Position numbers and translations under genes: made by a program
Assembly (NCBI RefSeq): GCF_048593235.1
Contig: NC_133621.1
Location: forward strand, 187,881,238-187,945,237
Source of the DNA: Sminthopsis crassicaudata
Taxonomy: Eukaryota
DNA: 64,000 nt
Reading direction: 5' to 3'
Shown here: positions 39,103-52,300 of the stretch, one piece after another
Position numbering within the stretch: the first letter of the stretch is position 1
How the letters are laid out: each line of letters opens with the position of its first letter
The notes under the pieces: generated by a model
Told to the model about the DNA's origin: nothing
The model's database searches: none
The model's input: the letters and a program-made list of their open reading frames with translations, nothing else

Positions 39103-39276
39103 GTCAATTCCTCTCCCAGAGTACCTGGCTCCTTGTTCTGGATGCTCTGGGTCAATTTCTTTCCCAGAATGCAGTCCCTTCTTGGTGGTGTCAATTTCTC
39201 TCCCAGAGTACCTGGCTCCTTGTTCTGGATGCTCTGGGTCAATTTCTTTCCCAGAATGCAGTCCCTTCTTGGTGGT
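39103..39276 (+). repeat. Near-perfect 87-bp tandem duplication (two copies, one mismatch), built from 48+39 bp subunits
   Basis: 39103-39189 versus 39190-39276; subunits begin GTCAATT(C/T)CT(C/T)TCCCAGA. Confidence 0.92.
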
Positions 39277-39489
39277 AGGAATTATGTTTTCCTAACCATT
39301 TGGTGATTGGTCATATCCTTCCCATAGTCTTAAGAGTTGACTTAGGGATCAGGGAAGGCAGGGTTCTGGGTTTTGCTGCTTACTGGACTCTACGTCCCTC
39401 CCTTCTGGTGGAGCTGTCTAGTCTGGCCCATAAGTAGGGAACACAACCAAGCTCTGCCCTGAAGCCTGCCTAGAGATCATCAATCAAGT

Positions 39490-39993
39490 TGGAGGAGGGA
39501 TTTGGGGGAGGAAAGAGAAGTGAGACGCCATCAGTTCCTCTGTCAGATGCACTTGTCTCCCATGCACATGAGCACGCTCTTCCGTGTGCAATCACGTGTG
39601 GGATCTTTGCAGACAGGTGTGTGCACGAGCCTGCGTTTTTGTGCTCATATTGTCATCACACTCATGTGTATGTGTGACAAGTTGCGTGTGTGTTAAGAAA
39701 TCACACGCTTGTATGAGATGGGCTCCAGCACGATCACCACTGCCAAGCTCTGCTTTCTCAGCTCGTCCACAAAAGGAGAAGTAGAAGTGAGTTCCTTCTG
39801 GGGGTCTGGCCTCGCCCCTTCCTGTCCCCGCCTCCCCCCCCAGCTGCCCTGTACTAGTGGTGTCTCAGGGAGCTGGGGGCCAGTGCAAGGAGGGGCTGGG
39901 AGCTGTGGTACCGGGGAGAGCTGGACCCCCCATTTCTTCTGTCCTCTTTCCTCACTCATCTTTCACTGCGGGAAATCTGCCCAGGATGGTGCG
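39490..39993 (+). promoter_or_regulatory. PTPN6: PTPN6 proximal (haematopoietic-type, P2) promoter and first exon encoding MVR
   Basis: CCAGG ATG GTG CG|GTAAGG at 39986-39993. Upstream are PU.1-like GAGAAGT motifs and an E-box CACGTG (39593-39598). Confidence 0.8.
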
Positions 39994-42900
39994 GTAAGGA
40001 CCCAGGGACAGAATGCTGGGGATGGCCCAGGGGAGCAGGTGCTCCGTACCCAGAAAAGGGAGGCTCAGTTCTGGGCTCTGGACAGCCTGTCCAGGCCTCT
40101 TGTGGCCCCCCTCCCCAGCTGTGGGTTCCCTTCCACAGGTGGTTTCACCGAGACCTCAGTGGGCTGGATGCTGAAACTCTGCTGAAGGGCCGCGGGGTCC
40201 ATGGGAGTTTCTTGGCCCGGCCCAGCCGAAAGAACCAGGGAGACTTTTCCCTCTCAGTCAGGTTGGTGCCCTGTTCCTTTTTCCCTTGCGTCTCTGCTCC
40301 TGCCCTTCATCCCTTGCTCCCCCCTCCAAGTCACCTCCCCACTCCTGTGTGATGTTCCTTAAGGCTCCCTTGGGCCTTGGGCTTCCAAGCTGCTCCCTGC
40401 CTGATCCTCGGTTTTCTTCTATCCCTTTGCTTTCTTTCCCTTTCCATTTCTGCTCCCATTTCACTGATTCTGGTTGGTGTCCCACAGGGTAGGAGATCAA
40501 GTAACCCACATCCGCATCCAGAATTCAGGGGATTTCTATGATCTCTATGGAGGAGAGAAGTTTGCTACATTAACAGAGCTGGTGGAATATTACACTCAAC
40601 AGCAGGGTGTCCTGCAGGACCGTGATGGCACCATTATCCACCTCAAGTACCCCCTCAACTGCTCTGACCCAACCAGTGAGAGGTGAGGCATCCTTAGCCC
40701 TAACTTCTTTTTATTTTTTTCCTCATTTTAAAAATTAATTTTATAATTATAACTCTTTTTTTTGACAGTACATATCTGTCAATAATTTTTTATAACATTA
40801 TCCCTTGCACTCACTTCTGTTCTGAATTTTCCCCTCCTTCCCTCCACCCCCTCCCCTAGATGGCAAGCAGTCCCATACATGTTAAATGTGTTATAGTATA
40901 TCCTAGATACAATATACGTGTGCAGAACCGAATTTCTTGTTGCACAGGAAGAATTGGATTCAGAAGGTAAAAATAACTTGGGAAGAAAAACAAAAAAGCA
41001 AACAGTTTACACTCATTTCCCAGTGTTCCTTCTCTGGGTGTAGCTGATTCTGTCCATCATTGATCAATTACCCCTAACTTCTGAATCCCCCTGAAAGGTG
41101 AGGTTAGCCTTGACCCTAGGCAAATCTTGGTGAAGAGAGGCAAATCTAATGTAAAAACAGCAAAACTGTCCTGTCCTACCCCTCCACCAGAGAAACCATC
41201 TGTCCAATCTCCCACCCAATTCCCACCAGAGAATTCCTTGTCTGTCAGATGGCTATCTGCTTTCCAATTGGACACTTAATTACCTCCAAATGTTAGCATT
41301 CCATTGATTGGCTGCTCTAGTTTTTTCTAAAAAGTTCATTTTCTTTTGGCTAAAGTCCACCTTATAATTTCTATCGATTACTGCTCATTCTTTGATCTGA
41401 GACTACACGAAATATATTTCTTTCTTTTTCCAAGTGATAATATATTCTCCTTCAATCTTCTCTGTCCTAGATATCCCCAGTTATGTTAATCTTTCCTCAT
41501 CCGACATGATTTGTAGACCAATATAGCATAAATATTTTACCTTGTAAAATGTAGTACCTAAAATTCAGTGCCATATACCAGATTTGGCCTGATCAGAGTT
41601 CCAGGGAACCATTTCCTGTCTTAGTCTGGACACAACTTTTATAATTTTGCATTAGATTTTTAAAAACAGCTATATTACAGTGTTCTTGGTCCATGGAAGT
41701 CTTTGAGGAAAGCCAGATGACCACTTGTTGGTTATGTTGCAGAAATCATTTGTATTTAGGTTTTTGTTGGACTAGAAAACCTCTTGTGTCTTTCCAAATC
41801 TAAGATTTCATGATTTTGAAACTAAACTAGGAATCAACTGAAATATCCTAGTCTTTCACATTAGCTTCTGCCAAGTCATGTTGGCTTGTCCTTTGCTTGT
41901 GCAACCAGTTGGTGAGCACATATTGAATCCTGTTTCTGTTATCATGTATATTAACTCTTCTTGTCATGTATACATTATGTGTCAAGTAGTTAAGTAGGTT
42001 TTCTATAGTCACTGATTTAAAATATTGACTAGGATAGGGCTAAGAATAGAGTCCTGGAGAATGGGTATGGCTATTATTCACTACTTTTTAGGGAGTTTCA
42101 GACTTGGTTCCCAACCTCAATGTTTCCCTCCTTCCTTATTAATTCCACAGTGCTCCCTCTGCGTGGCTTTTTGTTTTTTTACACACCCACCATCTTCTTT
42201 TAGTCCTTCTTCTCATCCCAACCTAGAACGGGAATATGGAACACAGGGATCAAGGGCCAGGGTCTTGAAGGCCAGGAGCAGTGGGTGCTATGGAGGGACT
42301 CAACAGGGAAGAGTTTGAATCAACCATAGGAATAACAATGGCAGATGCATTGAGGTCAAGGCGTGCCAGAAAAGGAGTTAAAAGAAGCTGGGGCAGAACC
42401 AAGGATCGGATGTGAAGAAAGATCGGACAAAGGGAGAGCTTCAAAGAGATGACCAATGGTTGGTCACCTCTCTCCCCAACCAGGATGTCTAAGTTGTCCC
42501 AAGAAATACTCTGGATAAAAAAGGGATCACTCCAACGACCTTCCCTATCATCCTTTTTTTCCTTTCCCTTTCCTTTCTCTTCTAAGTGGTTTCTCTTGGG
42601 AATTTGCATCTGTTCCTTCCGTACTTGATTACCAGCCTGTGGGCTAGTCACTATTTGCATGGACACTTCCTCATCCTGTTTTGAAGGTTGGGGACCAGAC
42701 TTTAGAGCCTCTTGCTCTTCAATCTTGGGGGGGGTAGATCTATTTCTGGAGCAGAATCCTCTTGGCTTAGTCGTGGGGTTGGGGGGTGAGGACTGGAGAG
42801 AAAATCTTTGGGTCCTTAGGTCAGTGGTCATTGTAGCTCTGGCCTCTTCTAGACAAGCATTGAAAAAAAAATTAACTTCTTTTTCTGTCTATCTTACCCT

Positions 42901-45900
42901 CCCCCTCCTCCCCCATCATCCCTGCGGTTGGAAAATCTCTACCCCCCCCTATCCCCCTAGGCTGAGGAAACCTCACTTCTCACTCTCTCCCCAGAGGGAG
43001 CTTTTTGCTTTTTCCATCACGTGTTTTCCTGTGGGGCTGGGCAGCCCTGGGGTTAACTATTTCCTTTAGGAAACAGGTTTGGGGGGTGGGGGGAAGGTTC
43101 CAGTTCTGCTTTCTGCCCTGACCTCTCCACCCCATAGCCCCCAACCTGTCCCTCTCTCCGTTGAGATGGGATCTTGGGGTCTTCCTTGGCATCTCCTCCG
43201 AGCCTGGCACCGGATGCTCTTCCAGGACTTTCTTCCTCATGTGACTTCCTGTCTTTCCTAATCTCTGTTTATTTGACAGAGATTACTCTGAGTTGGCACA
43301 TAGAAGTATTAAATGGTCACTTGTTGAATCTATTTCTATCTCCACCTTTCTCCATCTTGTCAGCCTGCCTCCCATCACCTCTCAGGATGAATGTCCTCAT
43401 TTCTGTTGCCTAATCTGAGCTTCTCTTGGACTTTCCCAGCTTCCGTCTTCTCCCCTCTTTCCCTCTCTCTGAGTCCCAGTGTCTCCCTTTGTCTGATCCC
43501 ATTTCTCCCCCCAACTCTCTTCTCCCTTGTCCTGTCCCTTCAGGTGGTACCATGGCCACATGTCTGGGGCCCAGGCCGAGACGCTGCTTCAGGCCAAGGG
43601 CGAGCCCTGGACCTTTCTGGTTCGTGAGAGCCTGAGCCAGCCCGGTGATTTTGTGCTGTCCATACTCAATGACCAGCCCAAGGCCGGGCCCGGCTCCCCG
43701 CTCAGGGTCACTCATGTCAAAGTGATGTGTGAGGTGAGACGAACGCCGTGGCAGGGGCAAACGTTGTGCAGACAGAGGATGGCTGGGGACAGCTGGGGGT
43801 GCCGGGGGTCAGAGGGCTCCAGCCTCTCATCTGGAAAGACTATGAATGGGGATATTTTCTCAAAAAACCTGTGAGAAAAGCCTGCATAATTTCCAGGGCA
43901 CTGCCTCCTGGTTAAAGGGAAATGCGGCTAGGAGGGGTCAGAGTTCCCGGGTTAGCTCTAAGGGTCAGGGAGACGAGGAGAAGGACATGAAGGAGGTTTG
44001 TACAAGTTTGGAGGGGGTTTCTCTTCTGCTTTCACACCTCTGGTTTTGGTGGCAGGCTGGCCGTTACACAGTGGGTGGCTCTGAGACCTTTGACAGCCTC
44101 ACAGACCTGGTGGAACATTTCAAGAAGGCAGGAATTGAGGAGGCTTCAGGTACCTTTGTCTATCTGCGCCAGGTGAGCAGAGAGCTGTCCCCTGGGTCTG
44201 CTCCTCCCCCGGATTCCTGCCTCCCTGGCTGTGCCCCAGACCCCCGAGCCCCCCGACTCACATTCACTCTCCTTTTCCAATGCCCACTTCTCTCCTGACT
44301 CCCCAGCCCTATTACGCCACACGTGTGAACGCCGCCGACATAGAGAACCGGGTCTTGGAGTTGAATAAGAAACTGCAGGCAGAGGAAACATCCAAGGCTG
44401 GATTCTGGGAGGAGTTTGAGGTGAGTGTGCAAGAAAGGGCTGGTGCACAGGTTTGTGCCCTTGAGCAGAACTTCTTAAACTATTTCCGTTTGCAACCCCT
44501 TTTCACCCCAGAAATTTTTACATGATCCTTGCTAAAAAGGTATGCAAAATAGGCATACAAATTAAACATTTCTTGATAATAAATCATAATTTTTCAACTA
44601 CCACGTTTGTTTATGCAGTCCCATATGGGGCGAAGACCCACAGTTTAAGAAGCTTTGCCCCGGACAAGGCTGTGAGTGGCTTAGTCCTTGGAGTCTTGGT
44701 TGTCAAATTTGACAAAATTTATCATCTATTATTTATTAAGTGTATTAATGAATCTAAGTATCTATTAAGCCTTTTGTTTGCAAGGCACATCATGCTCTTT
44801 AACAAGGGATGTTCCCCAAAACTCTCCCTGGAGCCATCTTCTTTTCTTTCTCTGTACTTTCCCTTGGTGACCTCACCAGCTCACATGAGTTTAATGATTA
44901 TTTCTGCTCTGATGACTTAGATCTATATAACTAGCCACAGATTTTTGCCTTAGTTCCAGGCATATATTACCAATTGCCTATATAGATTCTTCAAAATATA
45001 TGCCATGCCAGCACTTGAAACGTACATGTCCCAAATGGAACTTACTCTCTTTTCCCCCAAACCTTCCTCTCTTCCAAAATTTTCTATTACTGCTGGGAGC
45101 ACCTTCATGGTTCTCGTCACCCAGGTTTGTAATGGCAGTGTCATCAATGGACAATAGTCAGTACACATTTATCAAGCATCTCTTTTGTGTTAGCCACTCT
45201 GCTGAGCATTGAACATACAAATAAAGAGAAAAAGCCAGTTTCTACCCCCAAAAAGTTCACAATCTAATAGGGGAGGCAGATAGGTACAGACAAGCTACAG
45301 ACTTAGGATAAATCGAAAATACAACAGGGGAAAGGTCCTAGAATTATAGAAGATGACATGGTCACTGGGAAGGAAGCTAGGAAAGTCAGGAAGTAGATAC
45401 CTGGGGAAGGGAGATGGTACGTAAAATGTAAGAACATTGGAAAGATGAGAAAAGAGGATTTGCCCTCTTTGCTCCACATATGCAATCAATTGCTTCTACC
45501 TCCACATTTCTTGCATCTATTTCTTCTGTCTACTCATATATCTCCCATCCTATTTTATAACAGTAGCTACTGTTTACAAAACACTTTAAGGTTTGCAAAG
45601 TGCTTTATATATATTAACTCATTTGATCCTTAAAAACAACCCTGTGAGAGATGTACAGTTAGGATCCCCTTTAAGTAAATAGATGGACAGATGAGGAAAC
45701 TGAGGCTGACCTTTGTCAGGAGTCATAAGGCTAGTGGCTTAGGTCTCTGTGATTCCAAATCTGGTTCTCTAGGTCCTGGTACAGGTCTTAATTACTCCTC
45801 ACCTAGACTATTTCAGCAGTCTTCAATTGGCTTTCCTGCTTCAATCCATCCTCTACACTACTGTCAAAGTGGGGCCCCATCATATCACTCCATAAATTCT

Positions 45901-46364
45901 ACTACCTGTGGGATCAAAATTAACTCCTCAATTTGACATTTGAAGCTCTGCAGGCTGATCTTTTTTTATTTTATAATTATAACTTTTTTTTTTGACAGTA
46001 CATATGCATGGGTAATTTTTTACAACATTATCCCTTGCACTCCCTTCTGTTCTGAATTTTCCCTTCTTCCCTCCATCCCCTCCCCTAGATGGCAGGTAGT
46101 CTCATACACGACAAATATGTTATAGTATATCCTAGATACAATAATATGTGTGCAGAATCAAATTTCTTGTTGCCCAGGAAGAATTGGATTCAGAAGGTAA
46201 AAATAACCTGGGAAGAAAAACAAAAATTCGCTGGCTGATCTTAACCTACCTTTCTATCTTTCATAGAAGTATCCTGGAGCCAGCTCCTATCACTGGTTCT
46301 GTTAAATTTTCAGCACAAGCATTGCTATAAATCAAGACTTGCTATATTGCTTTGTCAATTGTTG

Positions 46365-46399
<35 letters not shown>

Positions 46400-49300
46400 C
46401 AATGAAAAAAAAAAGTATGTAATGTGTCCAAATTGGTGTTCTTTTTTTTTTTTTTTTTTTCCCCAGAGAGCCAGTTGTTAAACTTTGCCAGAATACCCCT
46501 CTGCTCCCTTTCATTCACATTGTGGTCTAGCCACACTGGCCTTGTTGGTGACTCATGCACACACCTTACTCTATCACCTGCCTGCATCCCTTTATTTTGG
46601 CTCCTCTACCTGGGATGCTCTTCCTCTTCACCCTCACATCTTAAAATCTCCAGTTTCTTTCAAGGCTTAGATCTAGCATCACAACACTACACATGTAATG
46701 CAGCATCGAGGAAGGCACCTCCAACACAGCTAGTTCAGCCTCTCATAAATGAAGCCCTTCCTGGTTCCTTTCTCCTGCCTTAGGCTACTGGTATTTTCCT
46801 CCCCAAATGATCCTGTGTCTGTTTTTGTATCTATCTATAGAGTTATGTGTTTTCTTCTCCAGCTCCATGGTAAGCTCCTCTGGGGCAGGGATTGATTCAT
46901 CCCTAGCCTGGCACATGTATCGGTCACTTGGTCCTCAGTCCTTTTTAGAGACAAAATGAAACAAAATACCCAAATGCCTCAAACATCCCCTGAAGGAGCT
47001 TATTCCACTAAAGGATAATTGAAATGGGAGAAAACATTAAAATCGGAGGGATTCGATAGGGTCAAAGGAAAATAGCCTAAGAGGCAGAGAGGAGGTGTTT
47101 GGGGAATGGCAGTTAGCTTGGAACTTAGATCTCATATAGGGAGGTAATATGAAATAAGATAGGGAAGGTAACAGGCAGATTAGGAAAGAGCTCAACTACC
47201 TAGAGGCAATGGGGAGTCATTGAGAGTTTCTGAGCAGGAGAGTTGATAGTTAGATCTGTGCCTTAGGAAGATTCTTTTGACAGGTGTGTAGATTGAAAAC
47301 CACCCTCCCTTATTTCCCACCTTACCCCTGTCCCCCCACATGCTTTTTGACCTTTCCTGTTATTTTACAATGGAACCATCTTCCAGTGAGGAATTTTTTC
47401 AACTTATATTGATCAAGAGTATCTAGATAGTGCAGTGGACAGAGTGCCAGGCCTGGAGTTCAAATTTGGCCTCAGTTACTTACTATCTATGTGATCCTGG
47501 GCAAATCACTATTTACCTCAGTTTCCTCATCTGTAAAATGAATTAGAGAAGGAAATGGCAAACTACTCTAGTATTTTCACCAAGAAAACTCCAAACAAGG
47601 TCATGAAAAGTTGGACATGACTGAAAAATGACTGAACAACAACAAAAAATATTGATCAGCTAGTTCTCATATTTAGTCTTTAGTCTGAGCACTGAGTGTT
47701 GTTGATTTCTCAGGAACCCCTGCTGACCCGTATCTGAGGTAAGACCTGAATCAAGGACTGACTCAAAGATTAGATCTCTGTCACTACGTCACAGTGCCAA
47801 TTTTCTGGCTTATAGTAGGAATTTAAAAAAATACTTACTCTTCCATTTATCCATTCATTCACACCATGTCCCAAGCAGCTAGTCCATCAAATTTAGTATC
47901 TCATTCAGGCTCTTGACTCGGATCCCCAGTCTAGGGTTGTTTATTTTCTTTTCCTTTTCCTCATTTTCTTTCTCTCTTTATTTCTTTACAATTTGGGTTT
48001 TCTCGGTGCAGCCCTGTTTCCTTGTCCCATCCTCCCTTCTACCCCACTGGTTAAAGCCCTTTTTTTCTCCCTTTCCCAGAGTCTTCAGAAGCAGGAGGTG
48101 AAGAACTTGTATGATCGGCATGAGGGACAGCGACCTGAGAATAAGAGCAAGAACCGCTACAAGAACATCCTCCCTTGTGAGAGCCCACCTCCCCAGGGAA
48201 CCTTTAATGCCCTCTTCACCCACCATTCATCCCTACAGTTCTCCTCCCATTGGTCTCAAACCCCCTCTCTTAGGTTTCCAAGTCCCCTCTGTGAAGCCCC
48301 TTTTCTTCTAGATAAAATCTGAGTGGGGAAGATAGAGAGGAGGAACTTAGGGCAACCCTATATTTCTAGCTCAATTCCTATAATCCTGTGACGATGGGGC
48401 TCAACTCCTCTTGTCATCTCACTTCCTCACAGTAAGTCTTTTTCTATAGTTGATTACACCAGGGTGATCCTGCAAGGTCGAGACAGCAATATCCCAGGGT
48501 CTGATTACATCAACGCTAATTATGTCAAGGTTAGTGGTCCAGATGATGTCTGGGAATATAGAGAGGGGGAGGAAGAGAGATGCGTCTTTATTCTCAAGGA
48601 CTGATGGGAGGAGACAGCCTATATAAACATTACACAGATTTGAGCCCGGGACAAACAAAAATGATGAAGATGGGGCTATAGTAAAGTTAATGTGTTAGGG
48701 GATGGGGGGAGTGAGGTTAGAATGATGGGATTCTGTCTCTGGAGATACATCAGTGCATAAGCTTTTATAAATGACCTACTAGGTGCAGGGCCCTGGGGAG
48801 ACAGAGAGGCAAAAGACAATCCCTACTCTGGTTGAGCTCACAATCTAATGGAGGAATTGGTTTGTCTCCCCCTGACCTCAGAACCAGCTGGTGAGTGCCG
48901 ACGAGAATGCCAAAGTATACATCGCCAGCCAAGGCTGTTTGGATGCCACCGTTAATGACTTTTGGCAGATGGTGTGGCAGGAGAACTCCCAAGTTATTGT
49001 CATGACTACCCGAGAGGTGGAGAAGGGTCGGGTAAGACATGTTCCCCACTGTTAGTGCTAGTTAGTTAGTTAGTTAGTGGTGCATTTCTCCTCTTCTCCT
49101 TCCTTCTCTTCCCTCCCTCTCAGCTCTCTTCCCTTACTTACTGACCTTTTCTCTCTTCTCCATCTCACTTAGTCTGCTTATTTCCCAACTGGAATCTAAA
49201 ACGAGGGACCTCAGACCTACTAGGCATCCTAGGAACTTCCTAAACCAGACGGTGGCAATAGCTGAAATTAGGCAGCAACCCTCAAATTAAAATTTTATGG

Positions 49301-52300
49301 GTCTGTAAAACTTTTTACTACCCCAATCCTGATTTCATAAAACCTATTGACTTTAAAAAATGGATCTTCTCATTTTTCTTTTTTTTCCCTCCTTGCTTCT
49401 CATTGCATCCTCCTTTATCATGCTTGTCTGCAAGTCCACCCTGTTGCTTCCCATGTTTAATGTCCAAACTCCTAAGAAATGCAGCATTATGGAAGACATT
49501 GATCTAACTTATAGAATCTATTCATTCATTTTTTTTAGAAATAAGATCTTTTTGCATTTTTATTACCCTTTATTAACAAAATATAACTATGTAACTGGTT
49601 CTTAGAAGGCATACAATGTAGAAATGCCATTTGGAGTAAGAGTTAAAGTAAACATAAGACTTAGGAGTCATTTTGCTAACTAAATGCTTTAACCTGAATC
49701 CATTCCTTCATACTGACTTTTATATTGTAATAGAACTTTTGGTCAGTGGCATTTCCAGGATATCTCCTCTGCCTGGTATTTCTTTTCCTCTTTCATCAAT
49801 TTGAAGAATTTGAGAAGCAGATCCCAAATGTAATTTGATTCAGTCTGGTTTAGGAAACACCGATTTAGTCCAACTCTCCCATTTTACAGATATATATACA
49901 CTGAGGCTTATTGATGCCCAAATAAATGAGTAAAAGCCAAGATAATGTGTGAATCTTATGTATAAAATGGTAATAATTTATGCCAGCCCAGTACAGACAA
50001 CAAGGAGTTTAGGAAGATCCAATATCTCTAGCCTAATTCCTTTAATCCAGTTAAAGTCAGGACTTAATTCCTCTTCAGTCCTCCTTATATAATATGTCTT
50101 CCCCTATAGTTGATCCCCATATAGTTGATCAAGGGTGAGACGGCAGCATCCCAGGTTGAGAACAAGGGCTGTTCCATTTTTGTATTTCCCACAGCTCCTA
50201 GAATCATAAAATATTTAGATCTGTTTTTTTTTTTAATTTAATTTAATTTATTGATTTAGGCAACTGGAGTTAAGTGACTTGCCCAGGGTCACATAGCTAG
50301 GAAGTGTTAAGTGTCTGAGGCTGAATTTGAATTCAGGTCCTCCTGACATCAGGGCTGGTGCTCTATCCATTGCACCACCCAGCTGCCCCCAAATATTTAG
50401 ATCTGAAAGAGACTTTGAAAATAGTCTTAGTTTCAACTTTCATCTGAATTTCTGACTTCAGGACCAGGTTGCTCCATAGCCTTTCATGTAGTAATAGTGG
50501 CTACTTGATAAAAGTTTAGTTAATTCTATTGCGTCCTCCTCCCCCATCTCCTTTCCCTTCTCTTACTTCCTCTTTATCTTATTTCATTTCCCAGAACAAA
50601 TGTGTCCCTTACTGGCCTGAAGTGGGGACCCAACGGTCTTATGGTCTCTACTCCGTTGTCAATTGCAAAGAGCACGATACCCCTGAGTATAAGATCCGGA
50701 ACCTGCAGGTCTCCCCCCTAGACAATGTAAGTTCCCCTCGGATGGAGTCTCCAGGAGGGGAGGAGGACTTTGGTACCTGCCCAACCTCCCCGGGTTCTCC
50801 CCAAGAGGGAGAGAGGAGGGAAAAGATCACGGTGTCCTTGCGGACGGTGAGTGCAAGTGGGGGGGGGGTGCTAATGCTCCTAATGCCTTGCCAGGGGGGA
50901 CTTGGTGAGGAAGATCTGGCACTACCAGTACCTCAGCTGGCCTGACCACGGAGTGCCAAGTGAACCTGGAGGTGTCCTCAGCTTCCTGGACCAGATCAAC
51001 CAGAAGCAGGAGAGCCTGCCCCATGCAGGACCCATCATAGTGCACTGCAGGTGAGACGCGATGGTGCCATCCTTTGTTCCCACCCACCTCCATGCCTAGA
51101 AGTGCAGAGAAAAGAATACAGGACTAGTGGGGTGGGGGGGGAGACAGGAAGCAGAAGCAAAGAAATTTGAGGGGTAAGGAAAGGAGATCAGGAGCTCTAG
51201 CTGGTCTGTGAGGGAAACTGGGATTCTCCAAGGCAGAGGGTTAGAGAGAGTGTGTTCCAGCCTTGGGGGACTGCCATTGTGAAGGCACGGTGTTGGAAAA
51301 TGGAGGAACAGCAAGAAAACCAGTTTTTCTGGAGTGGTGGAATTAGGAAGAAGGGTTCTATTTAGTAAAGTAGCAAAGGGAGTTTGGAGCCCATTGTAAA
51401 GGGGCAGTGTCAAACAGAGGACTTTGTATTCACACCCAGAGCAAAGGTTCTTCCCCTTTCCTGTGTCATGGATCCCTTGGACTGTCTGCTGGATTCTTTC
51501 CCAGCATAAAATTTGGAGGGAGAGAAAATCATAAGCAAAAGAAATTCTGAGGGACAGCTAGATGGCACAGTGGAGAGAGCACCAGCCCTGAAGTCAGGAG
51601 GACCTGAGTTCAAATATGATCTCAGACACTAAACACTTCCTAGCTGTGTGACCCTGGGCAAGTCACTTAACCCCAATTGCCTCAGCAAAAAAAAAAAGAA
51701 AGAAAGAAAGAAAGAAAGAAAAGAAATACTGAGCTCCAGTTAGACATTAAGAAAAACAAAGACAGAATTTTTTCTCATCCAAGTCCACAGACCCCCTAAA
51801 ACTAACCCACAGAGCCCTTAGGAGTCTATAGACCACAGATTCAGAGCTCCAGTGCTGTTTTTTGGGGGGAGTGGAGATGGAGTGGAGGTGGATTGGCTTT
51901 TATCTATATATAGGAAGCTCATGAGGAAACTCCTTTTACCTGTTCAGGCCAGCAGCTGCCTTGCGGCTCTTAGTCTTAAAGAGCCACCCAGAATAAGAGA
52001 TTTTAATTGTTAATTAAAAAAAATTTTCATTGTGAACTTAAGGATCATCAATAAATACAACAATTTCCATATACAGATGAGAACCAAAACCAGATTCTTT
52101 ATAAAGCTAGGGGACTTCAGTGACTAGCCCAGAGTCTCACAATTTACATTATTCAGGGTCAGAACTCAGATCCAGGGTCATAGGCCAGCTTTCGGACCAC
52201 AATCCTTGGTTGGCTCTTGATTTTAGAGGTAATAGATAATAGAGGTAAAGTGATGAGGTCATGCTGGCTGGTGTCTAGGAGTCATTCTAGTGCTAAATCT

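Noticed and set aside
39103-39276. Repeat-spacer appearance suggesting a CRISPR array; repetitive ORFs in the track
   Set aside because: Eukaryotic intron; the intervening segments are themselves duplicated, and the 87-bp period explains the repeated peptides.
48882-48896. Consensus donor CTG|GTGAGT 9 nt inside a PTPN6 exon
   Set aside because: Too close to the acceptor for normal exon definition; most simply a by-product of the V-S codons.
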